Of a stretch of 25,708 nucleotides of DNA, positions 10,691 through 21,623 are shown in pieces. The notes beneath the pieces are model-generated. The model worked only from the letters and a program-made list of their open reading frames with translations. It was not told the origin of the DNA and did no database searches. Origin of the DNA: Chlorokybus atmophyticus (lineage: Eukaryota > Plantae > Mesostigma and Chlorokybus algae); contig RHPI01003079.1 of assembly GCA_009103225.1 (NCBI GenBank), positions 1 through 25,708 of the forward strand. The letters are read 5' to 3'. The position numbers and the translations under genes are program-made. The number at the start of each line of letters is the position of its first letter. Positions within the stretch are counted from its first letter, which is position 1.

Positions 10691-13040
10691 CTGCGGAGGC
10701 ATGCGGCACCCGTATCTCTTGATTGGTATGGAGTGATTCGGGTGCCATCCCCGGGTTCATGGCCTGCACAGCGTCAACAGAGACCCCCAACCTGTTCGCT
10801 ATGATCGCGAAAGCGTCTCCTTGCTGCACATTGCAGGCAGTGCCGCCTGCTGCTGCCCGCTATTCACCCCCCTGTGGCGGTACGGGCAGGGGCGTGGATG
10901 CGTGCACAGCTCGAACTGGCGCGAAGGTGATCACATTGCCCTCCATGGACCGGTTGCTAACGCAATACCGTTGTCGTAACCAAGTTGTCGTAACCAAGCG
11001 CCCCGTTTCTCCTAAAGTATCCTTTGCCCAAGAACACAACCATGCGAAACGCACCCCCATTGCCCATCGGCGCCAACAATTTTTCCAAGCCACCACGAAG
11101 CTGCACTCGAAATAGAGATGCAAGTTCCAGCATGCAATGTTGACGACTCTTAGCCAGTATGTAATCTGGGCCTTTTCGACCATCATCTGCATATGTTACC
11201 AACAATTAAGTAATGACGCACACTCACATGTGCACACATACAAGTGTACAAAAGAACATTGACGGAATGTGTGTACACATATGCACACATGCGCGCAAGC
11301 ACCGACCAGTGTAGCAGCAGCTGAGCGAATGTAACAATCGTCGATTCACCCAAGCACACATGCTCCCACATGCGCGCACGTGCACAACCAGTGCGTGCGC
11401 AACAGCCAGCCCATGCATGCCTTGTGGTACAGTCGATAGGTCTACCTACTCACGTTACTATGCAACAGACTTCTGATTGTGGTGCAACAGTACAAGCACT
11501 CTCATCTGGCATGGGCGTTCTCTGCCGATGCGGTCCGAGTCAAGGCTGATCTTGTCAGGCCAGCTTATGGCAAAGTTGGTGACGGGGCAGGGCAGGACTT
11601 TCAAGCCCTCCTGCTCCAATGCCCTCCAGGCAGGCTGATTGGAAAATAAGCCGAGAAGGACGTCCTCCACTGTTGCCTCGGTCGATGTCACGTGCACGCG
11701 TTCCCTTTCGCCGGCTATTTCGCCGCCTGCTGCTGCCCGCCGTGGTGCAGCGGGCGCGGGCACAAGTTGAACCAGTTCTTCCTGAAGTATGTTGTACTAA
11801 TTGCTGCCGACCTCATCCGCGTCAAACGCCTGCAACACCACGTCCCCACAATCGTCCTTTGGCACCTCCACCTCCAAGACATCCCTCAGTGTCACCTGCC
11901 AAGAAACGGTTGGACAAGATGACAACGGGAGCGGTCAATGCAAGTAGACACATATGCATACGGGTAAACTAGGCTGGTACGCGTCTCTTACCTGACCATC
12001 ATCATGTGACTAGAAACTGTCTTGAATGACGAGCTCCTGGCGATGCACGCTTCTAGTAGAATGGGCGTACAGCTTGGCGTCGAGCAAACGCTTGCCATAC
12101 ACAAAAAAGGAGCAAATCTGGCCAACTTCATGGTCATCTGTAACACAACACCAGCGCATGAAGCAGCAGCCTGCAAACATTCACCAAGGCAGCACTTTCA
12201 CTTCAAGTGCAAGGTGCTGGCGCGCCCACGCCTGCCATGAAGCCCGTTGATGAAGCTATATGCTAATGTCGGGCAAACTCATGCATAGCAAGCCATCTAG
12301 CAAGCAAACGAAGCAGATGTCTACTTGTTGGCTGACGTCTCCATCTAAGCCATTACTACCTCAATAACAGACGGCGCTTGCTGGAGCGAAGGGGGGAAGG
12401 CATGCTATCCAACATGGCGCGCCCGAGCTTTGTCTCCGTGCTGTCGCCGAAGCTGCACACGGAGGCAATGTTAGCGGAGGCAGCAGTAGCACTGCAAGGG
12501 GGTGGCTCGCTTGCTGCCACCAAAGGGAGCATCGCACGAATTCTGAGCCAGGCAGCAAGCTAGCACAATAGAAAGAAAGCGCTCAACTCTGCATGCATGC
12601 GGGGCTGCGTGTTCCCTCTTCTCTTGCTTACCTTGACGGCAGGAAGGCAGGGCGGCAAGCGCACGGCACAACGGCGGCTGCCATGGCAATCTCGGGTGTC
12701 GTCGGCGAGGGCCAAGGAGAGCGGCAGCACTAGCTGCCGCAACCGCGAAGGCTGGAGCGAGCGATGACTCCAAGGCGGGGGAGCCTGCCTGGTTAAGTAG
12801 GCGCCGCCTCGCCGCAGCCATGCGTGCAGGATGCAACGGGACGCCCACCAATATGCTGCGCTCCGCTCTCCATATGCCCCATGCCCAGCAGGACGCCGCC
12901 TTCCTGCTGCATCCTGCGGGCCAGGAGGAACAGGATGGCAGGAAGGCTGGCGTCGTAGAGCTTTCCTGCCTGTGGCTTTGTGAGTGCCCGTGGCCCCACC
13001 AGCTGACATCTTCGTACACGCCGATATACATCGCAAACGG
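10691..13040 (-). pseudogene. Decayed multi-exon gene containing a LysM domain
   Basis: Phase-0 exon-like blocks with GT/AG ends (~12563-12360, ~12230-11992, ~11896-11455) carry in-frame TAG/TGA stops; LysM is in the block ending at donor 10691. The 5' boundary is uncertain. Confidence 0.45.
10704..10835 (-). pseudogene. LysM domain
   Basis: CNVQQGDAFAIIANRLGVSVDAVQAMNPGMAPESLHTNQEIRVP fits Y.V..GD....IA...GV....L...NP......L...Q.I.VP; an in-frame TAG lies just upstream at 10860-10862. Confidence 0.8.
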
Positions 13041-15612
13041 TGATGATATCAATGACGCGTTCTGCAGACGTGACGCACCCCGCAGTCACTAAGTCTCCGT
13101 CTTACCGAGTTAGATTATGCTTTAACCTATATAAGCATGGAGTCTATCCATAATTTCTCCTTTTGCATGTTAGACTGCATTGCCTTGCACAGTCACGTGT
13201 TGTAGTTACTGTGGCTATTTCAGGCATCTTTGAAAATATAACTGCATAGCTAGCCTATTAAGATCAGCATAAAGGCTAGTATAAAAGACGTAGTGGTTCA
13301 CTGTTTACTTGGTTTAACCCAAAAGCGATTGCTCAGGCTTCTCGCTGCAATACATTAAGTTTCGTGACTTGTGTTTGCTTGTATTTGTGTTGCACGCGTG
13401 TGCACACTTTTATATGCTCAATATGCTTGCCTTAATACATGTTTTTTAGTATGTCAAAGCTGGACATGGATATCGTACGAACGATCCAGATCAAACGAGG
13501 TCCGATCCAACGGCATGCGCGGCAATTTTTGTCCGATGTCACACCGGACTTTGCCGGTCGCGACCTGTACTTTCATCATTTGTGCTTCATGTAACACTTA
13601 TATTGTAAGTGTTTGAGGGTATTCTCACCCTCTATTCTCTTAGCTCTTATTCTTACTACTACACCACAGAAAGTAGGTGCATAGGGTTTTGGTGGACCCA
13701 CTCTCTGTGGTGACGGCCCCTCGCTTCTTACAGCTTTCCTATCGCATCCTGCATCATGTCACAGATTCAATCGAGGCTTCCAACTTGTTGTGCGGGAAGC
13801 CTGCTGCAGAATGCCGGTTCCCACTACACCACGCGATTGATTGCGACAAATCATTCATGTAACGTTACGGTAGAATTCCTTGTTACAGTCAAATCTAATG
13901 CTTACATGCAACATTTTTGCCAGACAATAGAGTAGTGCAACTCCGCCCTTGTCTACGATCAATGTCATTCTTATATCAACATTACTTTAATATATGTGTA
14001 AAATGATGAAGGCTTGACATGGAGGCAATGAGCCTGATCAACCTCCTCGTAGGCCTCCTGAGAGACTTGCAGCTTGCGCATGTTGCGAGAGAGTATCTGC
14101 TCAAATCGACTATGCCCAAGCCCTTGCTCGATGTCATTCTCAAAGCAATTATTATTTTTATCAATGTAAAAATTTTTCGTCTGCTCGTTAAGTGTGACTT
14201 GGCTTTTGCCAACGAAAGTATCATTAATTGTTAAAAAGGTACCTTATTTACTCGGTCACGGTGCCCCCCCATTATGATTACCCTCTTAAGTTTCATGGGG
14301 GCACACTATTAGGCTGCACTATACCCTTTTCTCGTATATAATGCCCCCTTGCTATAAGGTTACGCAAAAATGCAATAGATTACATATTTATTACGATTGT
14401 GTTATGGCTTTTTTTGTGTTGAATACTATAAATTACAGTCAATCAGTGTAATCTTGATTTTTAACAATGCCCCGTTTGATTGGAGTGCCCCCCAAATACA
14501 ATTAACACCCCCCCCCCTCTCCCCCACAAATTTTAAAAAGGGCATATCTTGAAAGGCGGGCATTGGAACGGGTATGTACGTAAGACTGTGTATTGTACCT
14601 AGCGGATTACCAAAGAATGCAATTATGTCGAGTATGTCATTGCTATGCGATACGTATCAACTTCACCTACCAGCACCTCATCTAGTAGCTGCATGTCCCA
14701 GCAGTGGTTTGATGAGGACTTCATAAGCAAGGTGGTTGTCAAGCAGAGTGCATCGGGCGTTTGCAAGCATGTTTGTTTGCTAATTAATTGCAAATCTCTG
14801 CATTTAGAACAAGAATTAAGGGTTGGGGTCATTCCATAGTGGATGACGGTGGTGATGGCGGCGGTGGTTAACCGCGGCGTGGCGCCATTCGTGCGCTAAC
14901 GATCAACGAGGGGGAAGAGNGTTGTTTCTTGCCTTGTCACGCCTGCCAGCAGCCATTCGCAGGCAGGGGCGGCAACCGGCACACCAAGTTATAAGTCTTT
15001 TCGTTGAAAAGCCTGCCCGTGTGTAGAAGAAAACACAACTTCGGGAGAAGACTCTCGAGAATATCGTGCCTTACGAGCTCGTGCGTTATGGTGTCGGACC
15101 CATTTGTCCTTAACATGCTATGTATTATAAAAGTACAGGTGTACGGGTGTAACAATCACCCTGACCATTGCAACTCACGCATTCGCATTCACAAATGGTA
15201 TAAAAATAATACACCGTGTGCGTGACGCTCTGCAATTCCTGACTCAGGCTGTATGTATTCCTAGCTTGCTCATGAGTAAGGGGATCAAGAGGCTAGATGC
15301 AATTTGAATAGATGTATCAACTAAGCCTTGCCACCATGTAAACTTGAATAAGAGAGGCAATAGCATGCGCACACTGAATGATGATGAACAACAACTGATG
15401 AAGCTAAGGGATCAATTGCACAGCGCAAGCAATCAAGCACAAGTACGTATAACACTGGTGCGCATGTGCGTGAATACACTCAAGCAAAGCCAGCACGCAT
15501 ACACAAGCACAACAAGGAATCAGACTGACGGTATGGAAGAATAGCTGAGTTGCTGCGGTTTCACTTGAACACCAGCTGTCTCATGTCTCAGGGAAATATA
15601 CAGCTGCACATA

Positions 15613-15614
<2 letters not shown>

Positions 15615-15645
<31 letters not shown>
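15615..15645. repeat. (AT)n microsatellite
   Basis: Perfect AT run. Confidence 0.95.
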
Positions 15646-15649
<4 letters not shown>

Positions 15650-18075
15650 CGAGCAACTGGCGGTTACATTAACAACCGTTAAGCTGAATTTGTAACGCCA
15701 TGGCCATACTTCTTCAAAGCCTCCCACTCTTTCTTACGCCTGTTTATCTGCGTGCCGAGTTCCCGGCCATAATGTCCGCGGGCTTTTGCTTTGATGGATT
15801 CGCCATGTCGGCGGCGCTTGGCCTTCCTCCGCCGGCCATGTTGTGCCACTGCTGCAGTTCCTCGGGATCGACTACTGCGGTCGATATGTGCTCCTAGCTA
15901 ATGGGTGTGCACTGGCTGTAGGAATCAGCTAAGGTCCTTCTACATTGAGGGCCCCTCGCATGACAAGAGCTCGTGACGCAGCCCACCCTCACTCTTAACA
16001 ACAACATCCTCAACAGCCACCATCATGTGCATCAGCATGCACAGCTGCATGTCAAAGAGTGCCGATACACACCCACCTCCAGCATTTGAAGCACCTCCAG
16101 CGTAGAGTGATCAGTCTTGGGCGTTGGACAAGAGGTTTATGGGATGATGTGGCAGCCTCAGACATGAGTTGATGGTTGATGTTCATCCTCTCCTTCCTTG
16201 GTGCGGTGCTGTGACTTCCCCTGCAAGGTACTGCGCCGGTGATGCTGGTAGGGCTTCCAGTAGTATGTCCTTGTGTTTAAGTTTACCAAGCGACCCACCA
16301 AGTAAGTGAATGGTATTGTCGCATATTATGTTAGGGTGTGACTATTTCGGTTGGTTGGACTGGAATAGGTACACGTTCTTGAGTAGGATTGAACTTTATG
16401 TTTCAACACTGCCCGCAATCCATAAGCAAAACAAACCTTGCTCGCACTTAGCAACGGTGAGTGCCGACCTTTGTGTGAAAATGCATGCTGCGTAGTGATT
16501 GTGATTGAACAACTATGGATGTTCATGCGCACGCTTGTGGCCGTGTATTTGTGTCGTGTGTATATGTGAGTTGTGCGCGTATGTTTGCTGATGTTACCAC
16601 ACTAGCTACCATACCATGGATAGCACCCCCTTAACACTCTCCCCCTCCGCAGGGAGTGCATGCACCTCACACTTGAGGGGCACACAGTCTAGATTGCGCG
16701 CCTCTCAGACGCAGTCGGCGGGCCCTCCACATCGCTCACAGAGTAGTGGTAGCTCTCCACATAGCATGCCGGTGCGTGCATGTTGCCGGACGGGCTCGCA
16801 GCGGTGTACGCCTCATAGATGGAATTCTAGTCTTATATTGCTTTGACAAGTACCCGCTCCTGTTGACGGCAACGAACTCTGCCTCTGACGGCAATGGCGG
16901 TCAGGTTGGGCGTCTGTCGCACAGTGTACGTGGCATGTAGTGGTAGTTGTTGTAATGGTACCTCGTCAAGGTGCTCAAGGAGTACCTATCCGTCAACTGC
17001 TTGCAGTATGTGTGTGACAGTTGCAACAGTTTGCATACAATGCGCACTACGTCTCTCACCACGCTCCATCTGTACAGTATGTTGCGCGTGTCCACGGGGG
17101 GAGCACAACCGTTCGCGCGTGTCATCGTCACCGACACGTCCTGCGACTGTGGGAGAGCGGACGTCAGTTTATGCGTGTGTGTAAGTGGGGAGGAGTCTTG
17201 GCCTATACATGTGCCCCGTGCATCTTTGTGTGCCCCATGTGTATGTTTGTGCCCTGGTATGTGTAGGCGCGCTCGTGTATGTCGTGGGCATGTGTAGGTG
17301 AGCAGATGTGCAGGCGGGTTTGTTCGTGTGCTATTGACTGCATGCAAGTGCTAGTGTCTCAAGGGCTTGACACCTGCTTGCACATGCGCATATGATGTGA
17401 GTGCTGACACAGCCACCCACGCTCCATCTTCACACATGCATAGCTGCAGTGCAAGCGTATACTGTATCCGCTGTGGATGTTCCCAAGGAGGCTTGTCCAA
17501 TTGCCTGATAGTTTACTCTGCGGTAGGCCGCGCCCACAACAGTTGTCGTGACGACTCCACGGGAAGTCTGCACATACAATTGCTCAATAGCATGCTGCAC
17601 CACGGCAATCATCGCAATTATTACCCATTATTGTTGTGCTTTGCAATATCACCAACCCCTAGCCCTCACCACACTGCTGTCCCAGCAAACTTCCACGTGC
17701 CAACAAATAGGGCATAGCCCTTCTTGTGGTACTACGTTGTTGTATGGATCAATGGGGTTGGTTTGGTTGAAGATGTGCGAATTGTGCTTCAACACCAGGC
17801 CTGATGGGCGTGCGACCGTCATCATTATCTTGTACACTCATCTGACTTGCTGCAGGTACGATGACAACTACAGAGGTATGTATGTATGTATGTATGTATG
17901 TTGACCTCACACCTTGTGTTGCACGTGCCTCTGTCACGCTGCCCGTCACGTTGACCATGGCAAAGTCTTGGAACAACAACAGGTTGGTATCCACCTGCTG
18001 GTGCAAGCAAGGGTATGAGCACATGTGTGTCTCTCTATGCGCAAACGTGTGCATGTGCACAAGTTGATGTAGGGC

Positions 18076-19131
18076 ATGCACCTGCAATACCAACCAATGC
18101 TATGCTGTAGCCCTGCATCTATATGTATTAGGCGGATATGTCTCGATGGCACGGAAGGCGATGCTATGGGAGCGGTTCGCCATCGTTGATGACGCTCACA
18201 AAGGGTGTCATGTCCACGCTAAAGCTCTTGACGACAACCGCGGGTGCATGAAAGTCCACATTGTCGCTTTGGGCGAAGGCCACGCCGCACACGCCCCCGT
18301 CGAACAGTATGTTTAGCGCAAAGGGTGCGTACGCGTGTGTCGTGTGAGGGAACATCGCCTTCACCTAATGCGCGTAAAAAAAGCTAAACCTTAAACATGC
18401 GTGCATGTAGGATCACTGCACGTGCGCATGCGAGTATGTATGTATGTATGTATGTATGCACGTACCTTCAGGACAGCGGTGCGAGTGCTGGTGGGTGCCG
18501 AGAAGGTGATGGCACGGGTGGTTGTGATTGTGGACGTATATGACGCAACCACGCGTGGTAACACTGCTGTGCGCCATGCATACAGGGGCACAACACGGTG
18601 AGTAGCATCCGCGTTGGGCGGGTATGCCGTGTGTTGACTGGCGCAGAATATTGCGCTCACAGTCACGTTGTATTGCAAGTTGTCAACATGGTTGCTTGGA
18701 TACTCCACATACCCCCGCAGCTCCCCCTTTTTACTGAGAAGAGCAGAGTACTGCGCACACGTGCACCTTTAATGTATGTGTGTGCGTGCGTTCCCAGCAT
18801 AGACACGCAGATGTGCACGCGTTTGCAACAACAAGCATATCTGTGATATGTTGTTGGCAAGCTGGAACCAATGGTTCTTGGACTTGGACTTGGACTGGTC
18901 GGATGCAACCGCCTAAGGCCGCTGAAAGCTTTCTAAATCCAGGGCCGTGAAACAACAACCAACTCTTCACACTTGCACCTGTTGTATTGATACAGAGAGT
19001 ATGTGTTGTAGTTGCTGCCATGGCTGTAGTGTTGTTGGTGTCGAGGTGGTATATATATGTACACATGCAAGCAGCCTTATGGGCACTCTCTGTCAAACAG
19101 CTGCGCCCGTGGCAACATACGCAGATGCACA

Positions 19132-19163
<32 letters not shown>

Positions 19164-19535
19164 CACACATATACACAAGCACACGTGCCCCCGCCCCCGT
19201 CCCCCACACACTCATGCATGTACACGCACACACACACGCACACACCTTGCAGCCAGATGCTAAGGGTAAGAGGTGGGGTGAAGGTGGATGGAGTGGGCGC
19301 GTATTGCACTCGCATGGTTAGATCCACACGCGCCCAATTGTTGTTGTACTGATTGCCGGTGCATTTGTTGTTGCAGGTGGGGAGCGAGTACGTGGTGGAG
19401 ACCGAAGGTGACGACTTCGTGAAAGAATGACGCAGCAACACCAACTTGCAAGAAGCTGTCAGCAACGGCGTGGACGGCGCCGGCCTCGATAAATACCATT
19501 CCTGCGCGCGCGCGCACAAAGAGAGAGCTGTTTGT
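18076..19535 (+). repeat. Copy A of a >=1460-bp direct duplication (offset 6173 bp)
   Basis: The ORF track repeats exactly at +6173; the (TATG)6 and (GCAC)8 lengths are identical in both copies. Confidence 0.95.
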
Positions 19536-19693
19536 GTGTGGGGTTCGTGGTTATGTCATCATTGTAGCACTTACGACACTGGTAACGGTAACAACAACAA
19601 CGGTGACGAAGACGACAATAATAGCGACATCAACACCGACATTACCGTACTGCTACATACTATTCGTCGTAAAACCAATTGCCAAATGGAAGT

Positions 19694-20064
19694 GGTCTAT
19701 ATTTTTGCTCTGAGCTATATTGTTTATTTATTTTTAAATTGGAACTACTGATTTACAAATAATGTATAATACTGAGTTTACCGTTCAACGCCAAATTACA
19801 TTACGGTTAGCTTTTTTTGCTTCTTTTGCCTTTAAAGTGCCTATGGTCCCCGTTCACAATTGGCTTCCTGAAGCTCACGTGAAAGCTCCGACCGCCGGAT
19901 TAGTAATATTGGCTGATATTTTACCAAAATTCGGTACTTACAGATTCCTTCGATTCTCTATTGCAATTTACCCGGAAACTACTTTATATTTTACACCTTA
20001 TACTATGAGTGTAAATGCTATCATATACACTTCATGAACTGCTTTAAGCCAAATCGATCTAAAA
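19694..20064 (+). pseudogene. nad4: NUMT: mitochondrial nad4 fragment inside intron 1 of the PNGase A-like gene
   Basis: AT-rich; reads [102 protein letters not shown], matching plant Nad4 but with stops and substitutions. Confidence 0.93.
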
Positions 20065-21623
20065 GTGACGAAAACAATAACTACATAGCGCAGCAGTTGC
20101 GACGAACGATGGTAAACTGTGAGTTAGGGTTTCAAACGTTTTCTAGCCGGTTTCCATGCAATCTATTGATATAGTGTAAAACTTGTACCTGTATCGTACA
20201 GTACAGCGAGTTTCCCCGCGCGTATAGACGAACTCTTGCAACCATTACTGACGCAAATTAACGGCTACAGGTGCTAGTGACGACAAAAAAACTGAAGGTT
20301 CAGAAGGCCGTCACGACTATAGTTTGTAGCACTACGGTACTACCGCTTTGCCTTGCCTTTTCATAGGTCGGGTCTGTGAGAGGATCTGCCCACACGTCGG
20401 CTGCCGACACCAGCAAGGATGACGAGAACACCAACAGCAGCATCACACCCATCATCCGCACCCTCATCATGGCTCTCTCCACAGCGGCAGAAACAGAGAG
20501 GGAGAAACCCTGCACTATTCACAGGTAGCACACACCCCAGCGCATTCATCAATACCCTCTACCCAATTCATACTACGCTTCCCCAATGGGCTGTGGGGTG
20601 TGCGCGTGGCCTGCGTGGTGGTGCGTTCTTGGGTGGTTGTGCTGTGCTGGTGCTGTGCTGTGCAGCTGTCACGTCAGCCAGTGTCCAGCAACATGTTGTT
20701 TCTTGCCTTGTCACGCCTGCCAGCAGCCATTCGCAGGCAGGGGGGATGCTGCCACAACGCGTATATGGATATATACTAGGTGAAGGAAAGGAAACAACCA
20801 CCCAAACCAGGAACATGCCCGCACACATGCATGGGCGGTTCTGTTGAGGGCACATGTTAATGGTTGTCTGACACACACGGCCTGCACTCTGCTGTGTCCT
20901 TGCATGCGCTTCAAGCTTCCTCCGCTTGGATGCAACTTGAATGACGATGACAACAGTGAGTTGGACAGCAGCAACGAGATACATGACCACAGCACTGAGT
21001 AACACATCCACGCAGGGTATCAGCTGCTGATGTAAGTAGGAAATATCATCGGGGTTGTATTTCCTTTTGCAACGCGTATGGACGCGGGTGCCTTGCACCT
21101 TAATTGACACGACGACGATACTGTTGTGTTTAGTCGTAGCTGTGCTATGCATGGATGCAGGCAAGCGACAATGCTGCTGTCATGTACTATCCTTCATCAT
21201 CGTGTTGAGGCATTTAACTCGAGGGAGATCCAACCCTACAACCCAACGAGTCTGAGGACGCCGAGCGCAGCATCGCAGATGTACGTGTGCCTCCATTACA
21301 ATCACAAGCAATCCCCGCGGGACGGTGCGATAATCATGCGTGTACACTGAACACACAACATGCATACACACTCAACACACTCCATGCGCGCACATGCGCG
21401 CACAAACACTTTTCCAACCACATGTGTATCCATTGTACTTCCTCCCACGTTGTGTGAACTTTCAGCAACCCACCCAGCCGGAACCGTATGCTTAAGCGTG
21501 AGGTGCCATCTTATTCTGCGTACACACTTACATTACCCTACTGTCGGCGGTCCACCATGGCTGCTCTTGGTGCATTACTCGCCAAACGGTTGGGTTTATT
21601 CGGGAAGAGTTGTGGGTTTTATG

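Larger units (their letters stand above)
16650..20470 (-). pseudogene. Highly diverged PNGase A (peptide-N-glycosidase A)-like gene, frameshifted
   Basis: Signal-peptide exon 20470-20357 and exon 19501-19246, then collinear matches to plant PNGase A: SCKLVLLRHSF..TYSLPTC..IWLQG; YSALL..YNVTVSAIF; HRVVPL..RTAVLKV; PF..ILFDGGVCGV..SFSVDMTPFVSVINDGEP; VDTNLLLFQD; YVQTSRGVVTTTV; CYVESYHYSV. There is a stop plus frameshift at ~18165 and another frameshift at ~16830. The 3' end is approximate. Confidence 0.72.

Noticed and set aside
10957-11205. LLAPMGNGGAFRMVVF resembling an NDUFAF7/MidA C-terminus
   Set aside because: Short match only, with no methyltransferase motifs nearby; it lies inside the LysM pseudogene exon.
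13466-13560. GATCC-rich segment with a TCCAACGG (MSA-like) motif
   Set aside because: Imperfect single motif; no terminal repeats or target-site duplication to support a TE or regulatory call.
14243-14254. TTATTTACTC motif shared in inverted orientation with ~23885
   Set aside because: Only ~10 bp over 9.6 kb, which is expected by chance.
14250-14580. Short inverted repeats and G/C runs (GTGCCCCCC..GGGGGCAC; CAATGCCC..GGGCATTG)
   Set aside because: Low-complexity sequence that resembles poor-quality bases; too short to call a MITE.
18947-19352. Plus-strand ORFs rich in HARTHART/THTH (also at 25120-25525)
   Set aside because: Translations of intronic (GCAC)n/(AC)n microsatellites, antisense to the PNGase A-like gene.
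20568-21164. 198-aa minus ORF with a hydrophobic stretch followed by KRRK
   Set aside because: No convincing splice link or domain, and it runs into the upstream region of the PNGase A-like gene; kept only as a check for a TM isoform of the LRR gene.
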